Shown: positions 48,236 to 57,224 of the stretch, in pieces
Numbering within the stretch: the first letter of the stretch is position 1
How the letters are laid out: each line of letters opens with the position of its first letter
IMG/VR virus record: IMGVR_UViG_2061766007_000924
Coordinates: 1 to 64,000 of that record
Length of the DNA stretch: 64,000 nucleotides
Source: a virus
Taxonomy: Duplodnaviria; Caudoviricetes
Reading direction: 5' to 3' (one strand)
Made by a program: the position numbers and the translations under genes
The notes under the pieces: generated by a model
The model's database searches: none
What the model was told of the DNA's origin: nothing
What the model saw: the letters and a program-made list of their open reading frames with translations, nothing else

Positions 48236-48536
48236 GTACGAGATTTATCAGGTGAAGCTTGACGGCGAAACCTTCATGAAATTTGCGTTCATGGACTATG
48301 AGCAGACGATCAGGATGCACGGCGAAGGCTCGACCAAGAAAGAGAATTACGATATGGTTTATGAATTGGAAAGTGAAATGGAGCTGAGTCTTGATGATCT
48401 GTTCTACATTTTCAACATGCAGCACCCGGCAGATTTCAAGGGACACAGCTTGAGTGTGAGTGATGTGGTAAAGACTCCAGACGGCTATTTCTTCTGCGAT
48501 AGCTTTGGATGGGTCAAGCTGGACTGGGAGGGCTAA
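48228..48536 (+). CDS. YodL-like domain protein
   Basis: YEIYQ, YDMVY, FN..HPADFKGHSLSVSDVV, CDSFGW. Confidence 0.85.
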   Translation: MAKYEIYQVKLDGETFMKFAFMDYEQTIRMHGEGSTKKENYDMVYELESEMELSLDDLFYIFNMQHPADFKGHSLSVSDVVKTPDGYFFCDSFGWVKLDWEG

Positions 48537-48538
48537 AG

Positions 48539-48799
48539 ATGAATTATGAACAGGCTGTAGTGTTCTTGAGAAATCAGGGGAGGAATCTGCGGAAGATCAA
48601 CAACGTGAGGTTTGTTCACAAAGGGTACGAGTACAGGCTTAAATATGAGGGCGGATTTGCAGCATTTGTTGCAATTGAACGGAGAGAGATAGGCAAGAGG
48701 AATTTCAAGTATTATAACGGGTTTGGAGCTTATAACTGCTGGAACGCTGGAGAGGCTTTGAAAACGGCTATGGATGTTATTGAGGGGAGAGCAGCATGA
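48539..48799 (+). CDS. Hypothetical protein
   Basis: GGAGG RBS, in operon. Confidence 0.6.
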   Translation: MNYEQAVVFLRNQGRNLRKINNVRFVHKGYEYRLKYEGGFAAFVAIERREIGKRNFKYYNGFGAYNCWNAGEALKTAMDVIEGRAA

Positions 48800-48966
48800 T
48801 ACTTTCAATTCGGGCAGACAAGTGCAAAGGTTACTACTATGTTCAGGAGAAGACGGAAAACTGTTGCAGACTTGTGCGCAAGCAGTTTTTGGATGAAGAG
48901 GATCTGGAGTTCATTCGCAACGCAAAGACAAGAAACGAAACGCCATATATGATCAGATGGGCTTGA
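48796..48966 (+). CDS. Hypothetical protein (56 aa, below the ORF-track cutoff)
   Basis: ATGA overlap and RBS. Confidence 0.5.
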   Translation: MILSIRADKCKGYYYVQEKTENCCRLVRKQFLDEEDLEFIRNAKTRNETPYMIRWA

Positions 48967-49000
48967 ATTACCCGGCCTTTCGCACAAAATCATACACGCG

Positions 49001-49056
49001 AATCCGTGCAGACCGTCAATATCTTTTCGATTGCAGCAGCGTTATAATTATTATGC
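49001..49056 (+). promoter_or_regulatory. Conserved early-promoter element, copy 2
   Basis: AATCCGTGCAGACCGTCAAT...CAGCGTTATAAT..ATGC. Confidence 0.7.
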
Positions 49057-49129
49057 TGATAGGGCAACTGTCAGCCGCACCTTGACAACCGAATATCGGC
49101 GGTGCTAAAATGCTCGTGAGGTGGATTGT

Positions 49130-49423
49130 ATGTTAGATGAGAAAGACTTACAGGCAATAGCGAATCTGATTGACTCAAGACTTGAAGTTAAGCTTGCTGA
49201 AAACAACAAGGCTTTGAGGAAAGAGATTCATGAGGATTTTATGACAGTCATTGAATCTGAGGTGATGCCGAAGATTCAGTTGATTGCCGAGGCGCAGGGA
49301 ATCATGGCGGAAAAGATGATTTCTACTGACAGGATTGAGAGAATTGAGACTGATGTCTTCGCTTTGAAAGCTGCTTACAAGAGACTGAGCGAGAAAGTAA
49401 CGGCTTTAGAGAACGCACGGTAA
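49130..49423 (+). CDS. Coiled-coil hypothetical protein
   Basis: MLDEKDLQAI; preceded by TTGACA-18-TAAAAT and flanked by a 17-bp inverted repeat. Confidence 0.65.
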   Translation: MLDEKDLQAIANLIDSRLEVKLAENNKALRKEIHEDFMTVIESEVMPKIQLIAEAQGIMAEKMISTDRIERIETDVFALKAAYKRLSEKVTALENAR

Positions 49424-49488
49424 TAAGGAACTGATTGACGCACCGCTGATATTCGGCGGTGCGTTATTTTTGTTTGGAGGTGTATTCG

Positions 49489-49650
49489 ATGGAAGAGAAA
49501 AGAGTAGCAGAGCTCAAGGCGGAGATTGAGAAGATTGAATACGCGATGTTTATTGAGCAGATGGCTGATTTCATGGATTGGGGAGTTTACTACAAGCTCA
49601 GAGCAAAGAAACTCGCGTGTGAGGAAGAGTTGGCAAAGCTTGCTGCGTGA
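49489..49650 (+). CDS. Hypothetical protein
   Basis: GGAGGTG RBS. Confidence 0.55.
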   Translation: MEEKRVAELKAEIEKIEYAMFIEQMADFMDWGVYYKLRAKKLACEEELAKLAA

Positions 49651-49665
49651 TATGGAGGGCTGATT

Positions 49666-50109
49666 ATGAGAAGACTGGACAAGTATCCTGACACAAAGAC
49701 GTTTCATTTCTTCAATGCGAATCCGAAGGGCAGATACACAACGGATTGCGTGATCAGAGCGATTAGCACGGCAGATGGCATTCCTTATGGTGAGGTCGTA
49801 ATGGAAATGGCTGAGATGCAGTGCAAGACGGGATACGACATGTCGGAAAGCAAGCTGATTGACATGTATTTGAGCAGCAAGGGCTATGTGAAATACAAGC
49901 AGCCGAGAAAGATGGACGGTCGGAAATACACTGGAGCTGAGTTCTGCGATGTGCTCAGACACAGAGAGTTCGTGGACGGGATAATGCTCAAAGACAAGAT
50001 CATAGCGAACATTGGAGGACATCATATCGTTGCTATCATGGGCGGCAAGGTGTGGGACACTTGGGACAGCACTGGCGGATGCATTGGGAACTACTGGGTA
50101 AAGGGGTGA
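49666..50109 (+). CDS. Conserved phage protein with Cys/His motifs (peptidase-like fold possible)
   Basis: NANP...DCVIRAIS...HIVA...DTWDS. Confidence 0.6.
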   Translation: MRRLDKYPDTKTFHFFNANPKGRYTTDCVIRAISTADGIPYGEVVMEMAEMQCKTGYDMSESKLIDMYLSSKGYVKYKQPRKMDGRKYTGAEFCDVLRHREFVDGIMLKDKIIANIGGHHIVAIMGGKVWDTWDSTGGCIGNYWVKG

Positions 50110-50114
50110 AAAGA

Positions 50115-50279
50115 ATGAAACAAGTATTCACGATAGAAGAGCAGGAGTTTATTAGGGGTTACGCAAGCAAGCTGCTTGCTGGGGTAGAGACAACAAGGGA
50201 AGAGGACGCGAGGCTGTATGAGCTTCGGGATAAGTTCATTGAAGAATATGAGAAAGAGCGTGAGATACATGGGAGTTGA
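50115..50279 (+). CDS. Hypothetical protein
   Basis: RBS, in operon. Confidence 0.5.
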   Translation: MKQVFTIEEQEFIRGYASKLLAGVETTREEDARLYELRDKFIEEYEKEREIHGS

Positions 50280-50377
50280 GCATGGATATTGATGAAAGTA
50301 TAGTTTAATGAAATCGCGCATTTCATATAAGTATAGTTACAATTTTACCCTCCCTTTTCAACAAAAACATGATCGTA

Positions 50378-50433
50378 AATCCGTGCATAACGTCAATGGA
50401 TTACCTTATCTCACAGCGTTACAATAATGATGC
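50378..50433 (+). promoter_or_regulatory. Conserved early-promoter element, copy 3
   Basis: AATCCGTGCATAACGTCAAT...CAGCGTTACAAT..ATGC. Confidence 0.7.
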
Positions 50434-50469
50434 TGGAGGGACATCCTCTGGCGGATTGGAGGGCATCTC

Positions 50470-50619
50470 ATGAAAGTTTATTATGTGGTTTACAGCTTTG
50501 GTAGCTACTATCGTGAGCGCACTCATGTCTATGCTGATAGCAAGCGTGAAGTTCGGAAGATCATGAAGAATCAGTTCGGCAGCAATGTCGTGATTCATGA
50601 GATTGAGATGGAGGGTTGA
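50470..50619 (+). CDS. Hypothetical protein (49 aa)
   Basis: GGAGGG RBS; first gene after promoter copy 3. Confidence 0.5.
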   Translation: MKVYYVVYSFGSYYRERTHVYADSKREVRKIMKNQFGSNVVIHEIEMEG

Positions 50620-50621
50620 TC

Positions 50622-50897
50622 ATGAAATACATCGTTGAGGTCAGGTATCGGTATCAGTATGACTCCAGCACGGCATTGCCGGGAATCTTGAATTTCTTCA
50701 CGGAAGAGGAGCTTCAAGAAGAGGTTGTGTGCAGCGATTGGGATTACGTTTGGGCTGAGTCAGCTGAGGAGGCAATTCGTGTCTTTACGAGGAAGATCAA
50801 GATTCAGGTAGAGGATGTAAAGCTTTGCGAGAAGTATTCTTTCAGGTTCACGGAGATCAAGGTGAGCGAGGATCTTTCAAAGAAGCGGATTTGGTGA
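50622..50897 (+). CDS. Hypothetical protein
   Basis: RBS, in operon. Confidence 0.55.
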   Translation: MKYIVEVRYRYQYDSSTALPGILNFFTEEELQEEVVCSDWDYVWAESAEEAIRVFTRKIKIQVEDVKLCEKYSFRFTEIKVSEDLSKKRIW

Positions 50898-50909
50898 GGA
50901 GGGTATACG

Positions 50910-51209
50910 ATGACTTTTGAGAAGCTGAATGAGATTTGTGGCGAGACTGTAAAGTATCTGAGTGAAAACGGTGTTGGATTTGTTGAAGTCTGGCCTTATC
51001 ATGAAGATCTTCCGGTGATCGAGGTTTGCATTGATGGGGGAGACTGGAAGCACGACCATCTCAGGGCCAAAATGCTGATGCAGCAGCTTGGAGCTGTTCA
51101 TATCGGCAGCGAAGTTCTGGAGGAGAATGGATCTGATACTTACTCTGCAATTCACAGGTTCATCGTGAGTGAGGACATTTTCAAGGAGGGTGCAAATGAA
51201 AATTTGTGA
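50910..51209 (+). CDS. Hypothetical protein
   Basis: GAGGAGG RBS; GDWKHDH motif. Confidence 0.6.
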   Translation: MTFEKLNEICGETVKYLSENGVGFVEVWPYHEDLPVIEVCIDGGDWKHDHLRAKMLMQQLGAVHIGSEVLEENGSDTYSAIHRFIVSEDIFKEGANENL

Positions 51210-52011
51210 GGTAACCGGGGATTTCAGCAGAGTCAAGGTCATCCTGTACAACAGCAAGGGAGACAAGGCTGTTTTTCACTGGAAGAACATTCGGCCCATG
51301 ATAGACAACATCTGGGTAGGAGAGGGAGAGCCTGACAAATACGGGACTGTGTATTACAAGGTGTATGCAAAGTGGCCTGATGTAGATGTGGCGCTTTACT
51401 TCAACGAAACGAGCGGATGGAGAACTGAGGATGAACTGATTGAGTGGTTTGATCGAGAGTATTTGCTGACGAAAGAATCATTCATTGACGGCATGAAAAG
51501 ACGGATTGAGGGGACGAGCTGGATCAAGCTGACCGAGGTGGAAATGATCAAGCTTGTTGCTCCTGAGCTTCTGGATGCTGCAATGGATGTGAGAGACAGA
51601 ATCACGGCTATTCGCGAGAAAAAGCATGCGGAGATGGCAAAACAGCGGCAGGAAGAGGACGAGAAGTTCGTCAAGGAATCGAATGAGATTTCTGAGAGTA
51701 TTTTGGTCAAGGCGATTGAAAGAATCAAGGTTGGCGGCGTGGTCAAAAATGATGAAATCACTTTCTGGAAGGATCGCTATGATCACAAGAAAGTCTCTGT
51801 CATTACTGAGCTCATGGATCGGTACAAGATCAACGTGCCGATTAGGACAAGAGGCTGGATTATGAACAGGCTCAATAGCGTGACTATCAAGGATGGGAAT
51901 GTAGTTGGCTGCCACTGGCAGAAATCAGGTCGTGCGGTTGTTTCGGATAAGTTCTGGGATTACATGGATCAACTTGTAAAGGCGGTGACTACTGATGCTG
52001 AATCAGCTTGA
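51196..52011 (+). CDS. Hypothetical protein
   Basis: AGGAGG RBS; VPIRTRGW motif. Confidence 0.6.
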   Translation: MKICEVTGDFSRVKVILYNSKGDKAVFHWKNIRPMIDNIWVGEGEPDKYGTVYYKVYAKWPDVDVALYFNETSGWRTEDELIEWFDREYLLTKESFIDGMKRRIEGTSWIKLTEVEMIKLVAPELLDAAMDVRDRITAIREKKHAEMAKQRQEEDEKFVKESNEISESILVKAIERIKVGGVVKNDEITFWKDRYDHKKVSVITELMDRYKINVPIRTRGWIMNRLNSVTIKDGNVVGCHWQKSGRAVVSDKFWDYMDQLVKAVTTDAESA

Positions 52012-52165
52012 GGAGTTTGATTTGATAAAGCTACGCGAGGCACGAAAGTTAATTGCTGAGGTATACAATTATTACTATGGCTTTAATCCTGCAAGGCGAG
52101 AAGTAGCAAGGCTTGAAACGATACTCAGCAAATTAGATTATCTGATTGGTGGTGAGAACGGTTGA
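51995..52165 (+). CDS. Hypothetical protein (56 aa)
   Basis: Fills the gap and overlaps both neighbours. Confidence 0.5.
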   Translation: MLNQLEEFDLIKLREARKLIAEVYNYYYGFNPARREVARLETILSKLDYLIGGENG

Positions 52166-52449
52166 AAATGTATAAAATTGACGGCTTTCGCAGAATTGCG
52201 AAGATAAAAGCGCGGAAGCGGTACGACAACGGGGAGACAATTTATCTGTGTCCTATCAAGCTGCGCCCCGGCTATCCGTGGCACCCAGAGGTTGCGATTA
52301 CTAAGGCCGGGGACAGGTCAGATGATTTGGTGCAGTATTTTGTATCAAGCACAAGTGAGTTCGATGACGTGGTAAATTCCTTCGCATACTACAACTGCAA
52401 CTATGGCGTTGGGATTTACCCTGCATTCTACGTTAAAGAAGGAAGCTGA
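52162..52449 (+). CDS. Hypothetical protein
   Basis: F.YYNC...G.YPAFY motif. Confidence 0.6.
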   Translation: MKMYKIDGFRRIAKIKARKRYDNGETIYLCPIKLRPGYPWHPEVAITKAGDRSDDLVQYFVSSTSEFDDVVNSFAYYNCNYGVGIYPAFYVKEGS

Positions 52450-52451
52450 CT

Positions 52452-53057
52452 ATGACAGACGCAGAATACATATTTCGGCAAACGAGCAAAGAGCGAAAAA
52501 GAAACGGTCGCGGGGATTATTGCAAGAAACGGAAGGGCGGCAAGGTTGTTCACTTTCCGTCAGATCATTTGAGCAGAAAGGAGAAAAAAGCATTGAACGG
52601 TGAGGTAAAGACGTACAGTTTCAGAGATCCTTTGACGTGGCAGCAGTTTAGGGAGATGCCGAGGGATATCAAGCAGCAGTATCTTGACACGCTTACAGAC
52701 AAGTTCCATGGAGTTCTTTTGACTATGATTGCTGAATCAATGGGAGTTAAGATCACGACACTGACTCCATACATGATCAGGCAAGAGCTCAAGTTTAACA
52801 GCAAAAAAGATTTGGGCGCACCGAGATCAGCAAGAAAGAAATTCCTTGAGTCCGAGGATGGTAAGGCGTGGGTGAAGTGGCATGAGGACAGCAAGAGGCA
52901 ACAGAAGCTTGATGAAAAGACTGAAATTGAGCCTATTGAGGCAGAGGATTTTGAAGATCAGGACGAGCCGGAGTCAAGCGATGTCGAGAAGCTTGCTAAT
53001 CTGATAGCAAGTCTCAAGGGCACTGGCGCTAAAGTCACAATAGAAATTACTCTGTAA
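52452..53057 (+). CDS. Hypothetical protein (possible DNA-binding)
   Basis: PSDHLS, NGEVKTY, FREMP.D.KQQY. Confidence 0.6.
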   Translation: MTDAEYIFRQTSKERKRNGRGDYCKKRKGGKVVHFPSDHLSRKEKKALNGEVKTYSFRDPLTWQQFREMPRDIKQQYLDTLTDKFHGVLLTMIAESMGVKITTLTPYMIRQELKFNSKKDLGAPRSARKKFLESEDGKAWVKWHEDSKRQQKLDEKTEIEPIEAEDFEDQDEPESSDVEKLANLIASLKGTGAKVTIEITL

Positions 53058-53073
53058 AATGTTGCTCAAACGG

Positions 53074-53103
53074 TTGACATGCTGCGTAGCTATGCGGTAT
53101 AAT
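53074..53103 (+). promoter_or_regulatory. SigmaA-type promoter with downstream operator-like palindrome
   Basis: TTGACA-18nt-TATAAT; TTGCTAAATAGCGA at 53139-53152. Confidence 0.75.
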
Positions 53104-53152
53104 GAATTTGCTGGAAAGCATTTTTTAATCGTCAGCATTTGCTAAATAGCGA

Positions 53153-53479
53153 GTGGAGGATGCTATGAGGAAAATAGACCCGCATTATGTGATTCTTGGT
53201 GCATGGGATAAGCCTGACAAGGCGATAATAGGGTTTAGAAGGAAAGACAGCAAAGGGGCTGGAGTAGCAATCTGTAGGATAGAGAATGACGGGAGATATG
53301 ACTTTCACAGCTCGGATGTTCGACAAGAGGACATTAAAAGCGTCTGCGATGTTTTGTGGTTTTGCAAGGAAAAATCCCTTGATTCTATGATTGATTGCTT
53401 GATCAAGCTAAAAGAAGATATGAAAAGGAGCGAAAATGAAAGAGTTTCTGATACTTCACAAGGATCTGGACGGGACTGA
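53153..53479 (+). CDS. Hypothetical protein
   Basis: First ORF after the promoter. Confidence 0.55.
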   Translation: MEDAMRKIDPHYVILGAWDKPDKAIIGFRRKDSKGAGVAICRIENDGRYDFHSSDVRQEDIKSVCDVLWFCKEKSLDSMIDCLIKLKEDMKRSENERVSDTSQGSGRD

Positions 53480-53621
53480 GATTTTAATTAGGACAAGTGC
53501 AGTTCACGACCTGAGTAAATTCAATGGGAAAACTTCTGTTGGACTCGGTGGAGATGTGGAGAATTATTATCTTGTGAAAGAAACTTATGACGAAGTGAAG
53601 GAGATGCTGCTTAATGGATGA
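53436..53621 (+). CDS. Hypothetical protein
   Basis: AAGGAG RBS; VKETYDEV. Confidence 0.55.
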   Translation: MKEFLILHKDLDGTEILIRTSAVHDLSKFNGKTSVGLGGDVENYYLVKETYDEVKEMLLNG

Positions 53622-53859
53622 GATCAAGAGTCCGATTAAGGCAATCAGAGCGTTTTGCTTGGACTGCTGCGGAGGGAATGCAAATGATGTGAGAACGTGC
53701 ACCTCAAAGATTTGCCCACTCAAGCCGTTCAGGTTCGGTAAGAATCCTTATTTGCACAGGGAGATGACAGAAGAGCAGAAGGAAGCAAGTGCGAAGAGGC
53801 TTGCTGAGGCAATGAAAAAGAAAGCGAGTGTGCAAATAGCAGATGATGACGCTGATTAG
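53614..53859 (+). CDS. Cys-rich Zn-binding phage protein
   Basis: AIRAFCLDC...C....CPL.PFR.G. Confidence 0.65.
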   Translation: MDEIKSPIKAIRAFCLDCCGGNANDVRTCTSKICPLKPFRFGKNPYLHREMTEEQKEASAKRLAEAMKKKASVQIADDDAD

Positions 53860-54307
53860 AGTGTTAGCTATCATAGCTGGTGGAGCGAGTTTTTCTGCAC
53901 TCTTTGCTCTAATGATTGCAGGTATTGAATGGAGCGCTACAAAGTTCTGTACTTTAGGGAAGATAAGTTTTGACCATTTCAAAGGCTTGTATCGAACGAA
54001 TCCTAAAAGATGGGTGCTTTATGGTGGACAAGTAGCTTACAAAGAAGAGAGTTCTTCGTGGGGAGAATATCGTTTCTATTTCGGATTCTGGGATTTTCTG
54101 AGATATCGGAACTGGAAAGAAAAGATTGACGAGCAAAGGAAGAAAGAAGAGAACAATAAAGCTCTTAGAGCTCGCGTAGAGAGTTGGAACAGGGATCTTG
54201 AAGAGTACAGTTTGAAGATCAAGAGCAAAAAGATGTGCGAAAAATGTAGGCTGGATGGTATCTGTGATCGTGCGTGTCCCGATGTTCTTGATGGAGGTAA
54301 CAAATGA
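53843..54307 (+). CDS. Membrane-anchored hypothetical protein
   Basis: N-terminal TM; C-terminal Cys cluster. Confidence 0.55.
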   Translation: MMTLIRVLAIIAGGASFSALFALMIAGIEWSATKFCTLGKISFDHFKGLYRTNPKRWVLYGGQVAYKEESSSWGEYRFYFGFWDFLRYRNWKEKIDEQRKKEENNKALRARVESWNRDLEEYSLKIKSKKMCEKCRLDGICDRACPDVLDGGNK

Positions 54308-54594
54308 ACAATTACAGCGATTATGACGAGCTTGCAAAAGAACTGCGTAACTGCGTTGATTCCTTGTGCGGTGAGTGCAAATACCAGCATCTCCAGAAGC
54401 CCGGTAATTTCGTCCCGTGCATGAATGCTATGATAACGGAAGCCGCCGATGCTATCGAGCAGTTGAGCGAGTACGCCGATACTATTGGGCGGCTGAAATG
54501 TGAAGGATGGTATCTACAGCAAACCAAGTTTCATGACGGTTGCCAAGCTATCGCAACAATGCCGCTCCCAGAGCCGCCGAAGGAGGAAACATAA
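54304..54594 (+). CDS. Hypothetical protein
   Basis: EAADAIE and MPLPEPPKEE phage motifs. Confidence 0.6.
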   Translation: MNNYSDYDELAKELRNCVDSLCGECKYQHLQKPGNFVPCMNAMITEAADAIEQLSEYADTIGRLKCEGWYLQQTKFHDGCQAIATMPLPEPPKEET

Positions 54595-54727
54595 TGTTTG
54601 GACATGATCCAATAACAGAGGCATATCTATTAAGAGACGATCCATACTGGCGTCAAAAGTGGGAAGAACTGAGAGCTAAATACAAGCAAAGTGTGCGCGA
54701 TAGCAAGCCGTCGAAGGAGGAAAGCTG

Positions 54728-54874
54728 ATGAAATACAAGGTCAGGTATTACGGCTTTGTCATTGTCGAGGCAGATGACGCGCAGGATGCACTTGACAAGG
54801 CACAGAACGATGAAGAAGAGTACAAAGAATATGAGTGGGAATACCCGGAGCGGCTGTTCGGGGAGGAAAGCTGA
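54728..54874 (+). CDS. Hypothetical protein (48 aa)
   Basis: AGGAGG RBS; VEADD..DA. Confidence 0.5.
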   Translation: MKYKVRYYGFVIVEADDAQDALDKAQNDEEEYKEYEWEYPERLFGEES

Positions 54875-55104
54875 TGGCTAAACTTCCAGAGTTCTTTCAT
54901 TTTCAGGTGCTTGGTGGCTTAACAAAAATAGGGATACAGGATGTTTCCGACCACGATTTTGTAGAGGTTGTGCGGTGCAAGGACTGCGAACATAGTGAAC
55001 CGTGGTATTCGGATAAGTCACGATGTTTCCTTTGGGCGGAAAGCGGGATTGATGTATTCAATGACGGTTTCTGCTCATACGGGAGAAAGAAGGCTGAAAC
55101 TTAA
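54874..55104 (+). CDS. Hypothetical Cys-rich protein
   Basis: VVRCKDC...FCSYG. Confidence 0.6.
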   Translation: MAKLPEFFHFQVLGGLTKIGIQDVSDHDFVEVVRCKDCEHSEPWYSDKSRCFLWAESGIDVFNDGFCSYGRKKAET

Positions 55105-55295
55105 TGAAACTTAAACCTTGCAGACGCTGTGGCTCAAAGCATATTGAGATGCACGGCACAGAATCGGGTGACTCGCCGTGGATATTCTGCCGAGACTGTG
55201 GGCTTTTGTTTGATTGCCGTGATGCAACGGGACGAGTTATACCATCTGTTGATAGGTTGGTCACGAATTGGAACAGGAGAGTAGACAATGTATGA
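55104..55295 (+). CDS. Lar-like (restriction alleviation) Zn-ribbon protein
   Basis: KLKPCRRCG...CRDCG...WNRR. Confidence 0.6.
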   Translation: MKLKPCRRCGSKHIEMHGTESGDSPWIFCRDCGLLFDCRDATGRVIPSVDRLVTNWNRRVDNV

Positions 55296-55593
55296 CGAAC
55301 GGATAAAGCGGCTGAGAGAAGTCGCAAATGAACAATGCTTTATCGGATGCTTTGGCATTTGCGATCATTGCAAAATTAGCGAAGAGTTAAACTGCGCCGC
55401 CGATGCAACTGAGGAACTGCAAGACGCTCTGCTCTTGATGGTTTTGCAATACTGCACCACGGATGACGGATTGCTGTATAACTCGTTTATGTCGGCAGGA
55501 GAAAATGCATTCGCTGTGTTGGGCCTTAAAAATGGACAGCAAGCAGACCCGTTATGGGATAGGGTGCTTCAAAAGCCGCAAAAGGAGGAATAG
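55288..55593 (+). CDS. Hypothetical protein
   Basis: In operon. Confidence 0.55.
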   Translation: MYDERIKRLREVANEQCFIGCFGICDHCKISEELNCAADATEELQDALLLMVLQYCTTDDGLLYNSFMSAGENAFAVLGLKNGQQADPLWDRVLQKPQKEE

Positions 55594-55594
55594 C

Positions 55595-55897
55595 ATGGGA
55601 GTTTATATCAACATGGAGATGCCCGTATTTGAGCATCAGAGTTGGGATATCCGGGAAGGTGCGGATGGAAAGTGGTATATGGTGGACACCAACGCAGAAA
55701 CATCGGATGGTGAGTGGCATGAAATAGTCCCCGTCCCGCCGCATTATGACTTGATAGACCACAATGCGCTGAAAATTGCTGTGATGAACTGTGATTGTGA
55801 GACGAGGATAGATTTCCTAAAGCATACTATGGACTGTATCAACAAAGCACCTGTTGTTATTCCGTCTGATATGCCGACTTATGAAGAGGAGGAATAA
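55595..55897 (+). CDS. Hypothetical protein
   Basis: AGGAGG RBS; MGVYI, LID, AP.V. Confidence 0.55.
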   Translation: MGVYINMEMPVFEHQSWDIREGADGKWYMVDTNAETSDGEWHEIVPVPPHYDLIDHNALKIAVMNCDCETRIDFLKHTMDCINKAPVVIPSDMPTYEEEE

Positions 55898-55899
55898 AC

Positions 55900-56121
55900 G
55901 TGGATAACAACAAAAGTGAAGAGTTTCGGTATGTATCCAAAGAAGAGTTTATCGAATTTCTGAGGTCATATCCTTATCCGCTTGCAAGAGACTTCTACAT
56001 GGATTGGTGGTCTTGGAACGACTTTCGAGATGGAAGAAAGTGGCCTGAAAGCATGGTCGCTATGACTGATGACTATGGAGAAGAAAGCGTGTACAAGATC
56101 AGAGATTGCTACATAAAATGA
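55900..56121 (+). CDS. Hypothetical protein
   Basis: GAGGAGG RBS. Confidence 0.55.
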   Translation: MDNNKSEEFRYVSKEEFIEFLRSYPYPLARDFYMDWWSWNDFRDGRKWPESMVAMTDDYGEESVYKIRDCYIK

Positions 56122-56127
56122 TGAGGT

Positions 56128-56613
56128 ATGTGTATGGAGAGAACAGACAAGGAAAACTATTATCTTGACATAGCTGATGCTGTGCTGGAGAGGTCAACGT
56201 GTCTAAGACGCAAGTATGGGGCTATCATAGTCAGGAATGATGAGATCATATCAACAGGGTACAACGGAGCACCGAGAGGTAGAAAGAACTGCTCTGATTT
56301 GGGAAGTTGCACGAGAGAAAGACTTGGCATTCCTTCTGGAGAGCGTTACGAGCTGTGCAGGTCTGTTCATGCAGAGGCCAATGCGATTATCTCAGCTTCG
56401 CGCAGGGAGATGATAGGGGCAACGCTTTATCTGGTAGGACGTGACGCTAAGACGAACGAGCTTTTGACAGATGCTATGAGCTGTTCTATGTGCAAGAGGC
56501 AGATAATCAATGCAGGTATATTCAGGGTGATTATTCGCACGAGTCCGAAAGAGTACAAGATTGTCTATGTGAACGATTGGGTAGATAACGATGAGTCAAT
56601 CAAAGAAATGTAA
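56128..56613 (+). CDS. dCMP deaminase family protein
   Basis: RSTCLRR.YGA, GYNG.P.G, VHAEANA, SCSMC. Confidence 0.9.
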   Translation: MCMERTDKENYYLDIADAVLERSTCLRRKYGAIIVRNDEIISTGYNGAPRGRKNCSDLGSCTRERLGIPSGERYELCRSVHAEANAIISASRREMIGATLYLVGRDAKTNELLTDAMSCSMCKRQIINAGIFRVIIRTSPKEYKIVYVNDWVDNDESIKEM

Positions 56614-56782
56614 GGATTGTGAACATTTCAAAATCGAATATGAGCCGTATAGAAGTGGCGGTATGCTGTTAGACTTTGGTCTGGCAAGGTGCTTGAAGCA
56701 TGACCTTGTAACCGACTTTATCACTCACAAGAAGTTTGAAAAATTGGAATGTGTGGAGGGAAATAATTATGCCGACAACTGA
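56591..56782 (+). CDS. Hypothetical Cys-rich protein
   Basis: CKDCEHF; in operon. Confidence 0.5.
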   Translation: MSQSKKCKDCEHFKIEYEPYRSGGMLLDFGLARCLKHDLVTDFITHKKFEKLECVEGNNYADN

Positions 56783-57224
56783 GGAAATTCGCGCAGAGTG
56801 GAAGAATATCAGATCATCTCTTGGAAATCTGCTTTGCTGTATTGATGGAAAGCTGGAGAGTCTGAAAACACTTGAAGAGGCTTATCAGAAGGGAGTGAGA
56901 GACGGGTGCCATGATGCCTACGAAAAGGGGCTTGAGGATGCTTGGGAGATGGCGAGACAGATTCCCGGATTAACGACTAAAGAGGCTTGTGATATTTGGG
57001 GACTGGAAAAGTGGTTTGATGTATATGACATGACAGCAAATCAGGCACTGGAAAAGTGGAAAGAGTATAATGACAAGCAGGTGGTGACTAACGGCAGGAA
57101 ATTCGTTGAGACGTTCGGATTCATTCCCGGATATGAGATCCTTGATGATGGTCGGTCGTATTATCCGAGTCTGGAGAAATTCTTTGAAAGCGAGTACAAG
57201 CCGCCAGAGGGTAATGACGAATGA
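56769..57224 (+). CDS. Hypothetical protein
   Basis: AYEKGLEDAWE; TNG.KF.E.FG. Confidence 0.6.
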   Translation: MPTTEEIRAEWKNIRSSLGNLLCCIDGKLESLKTLEEAYQKGVRDGCHDAYEKGLEDAWEMARQIPGLTTKEACDIWGLEKWFDVYDMTANQALEKWKEYNDKQVVTNGRKFVETFGFIPGYEILDDGRSYYPSLEKFFESEYKPPEGNDE

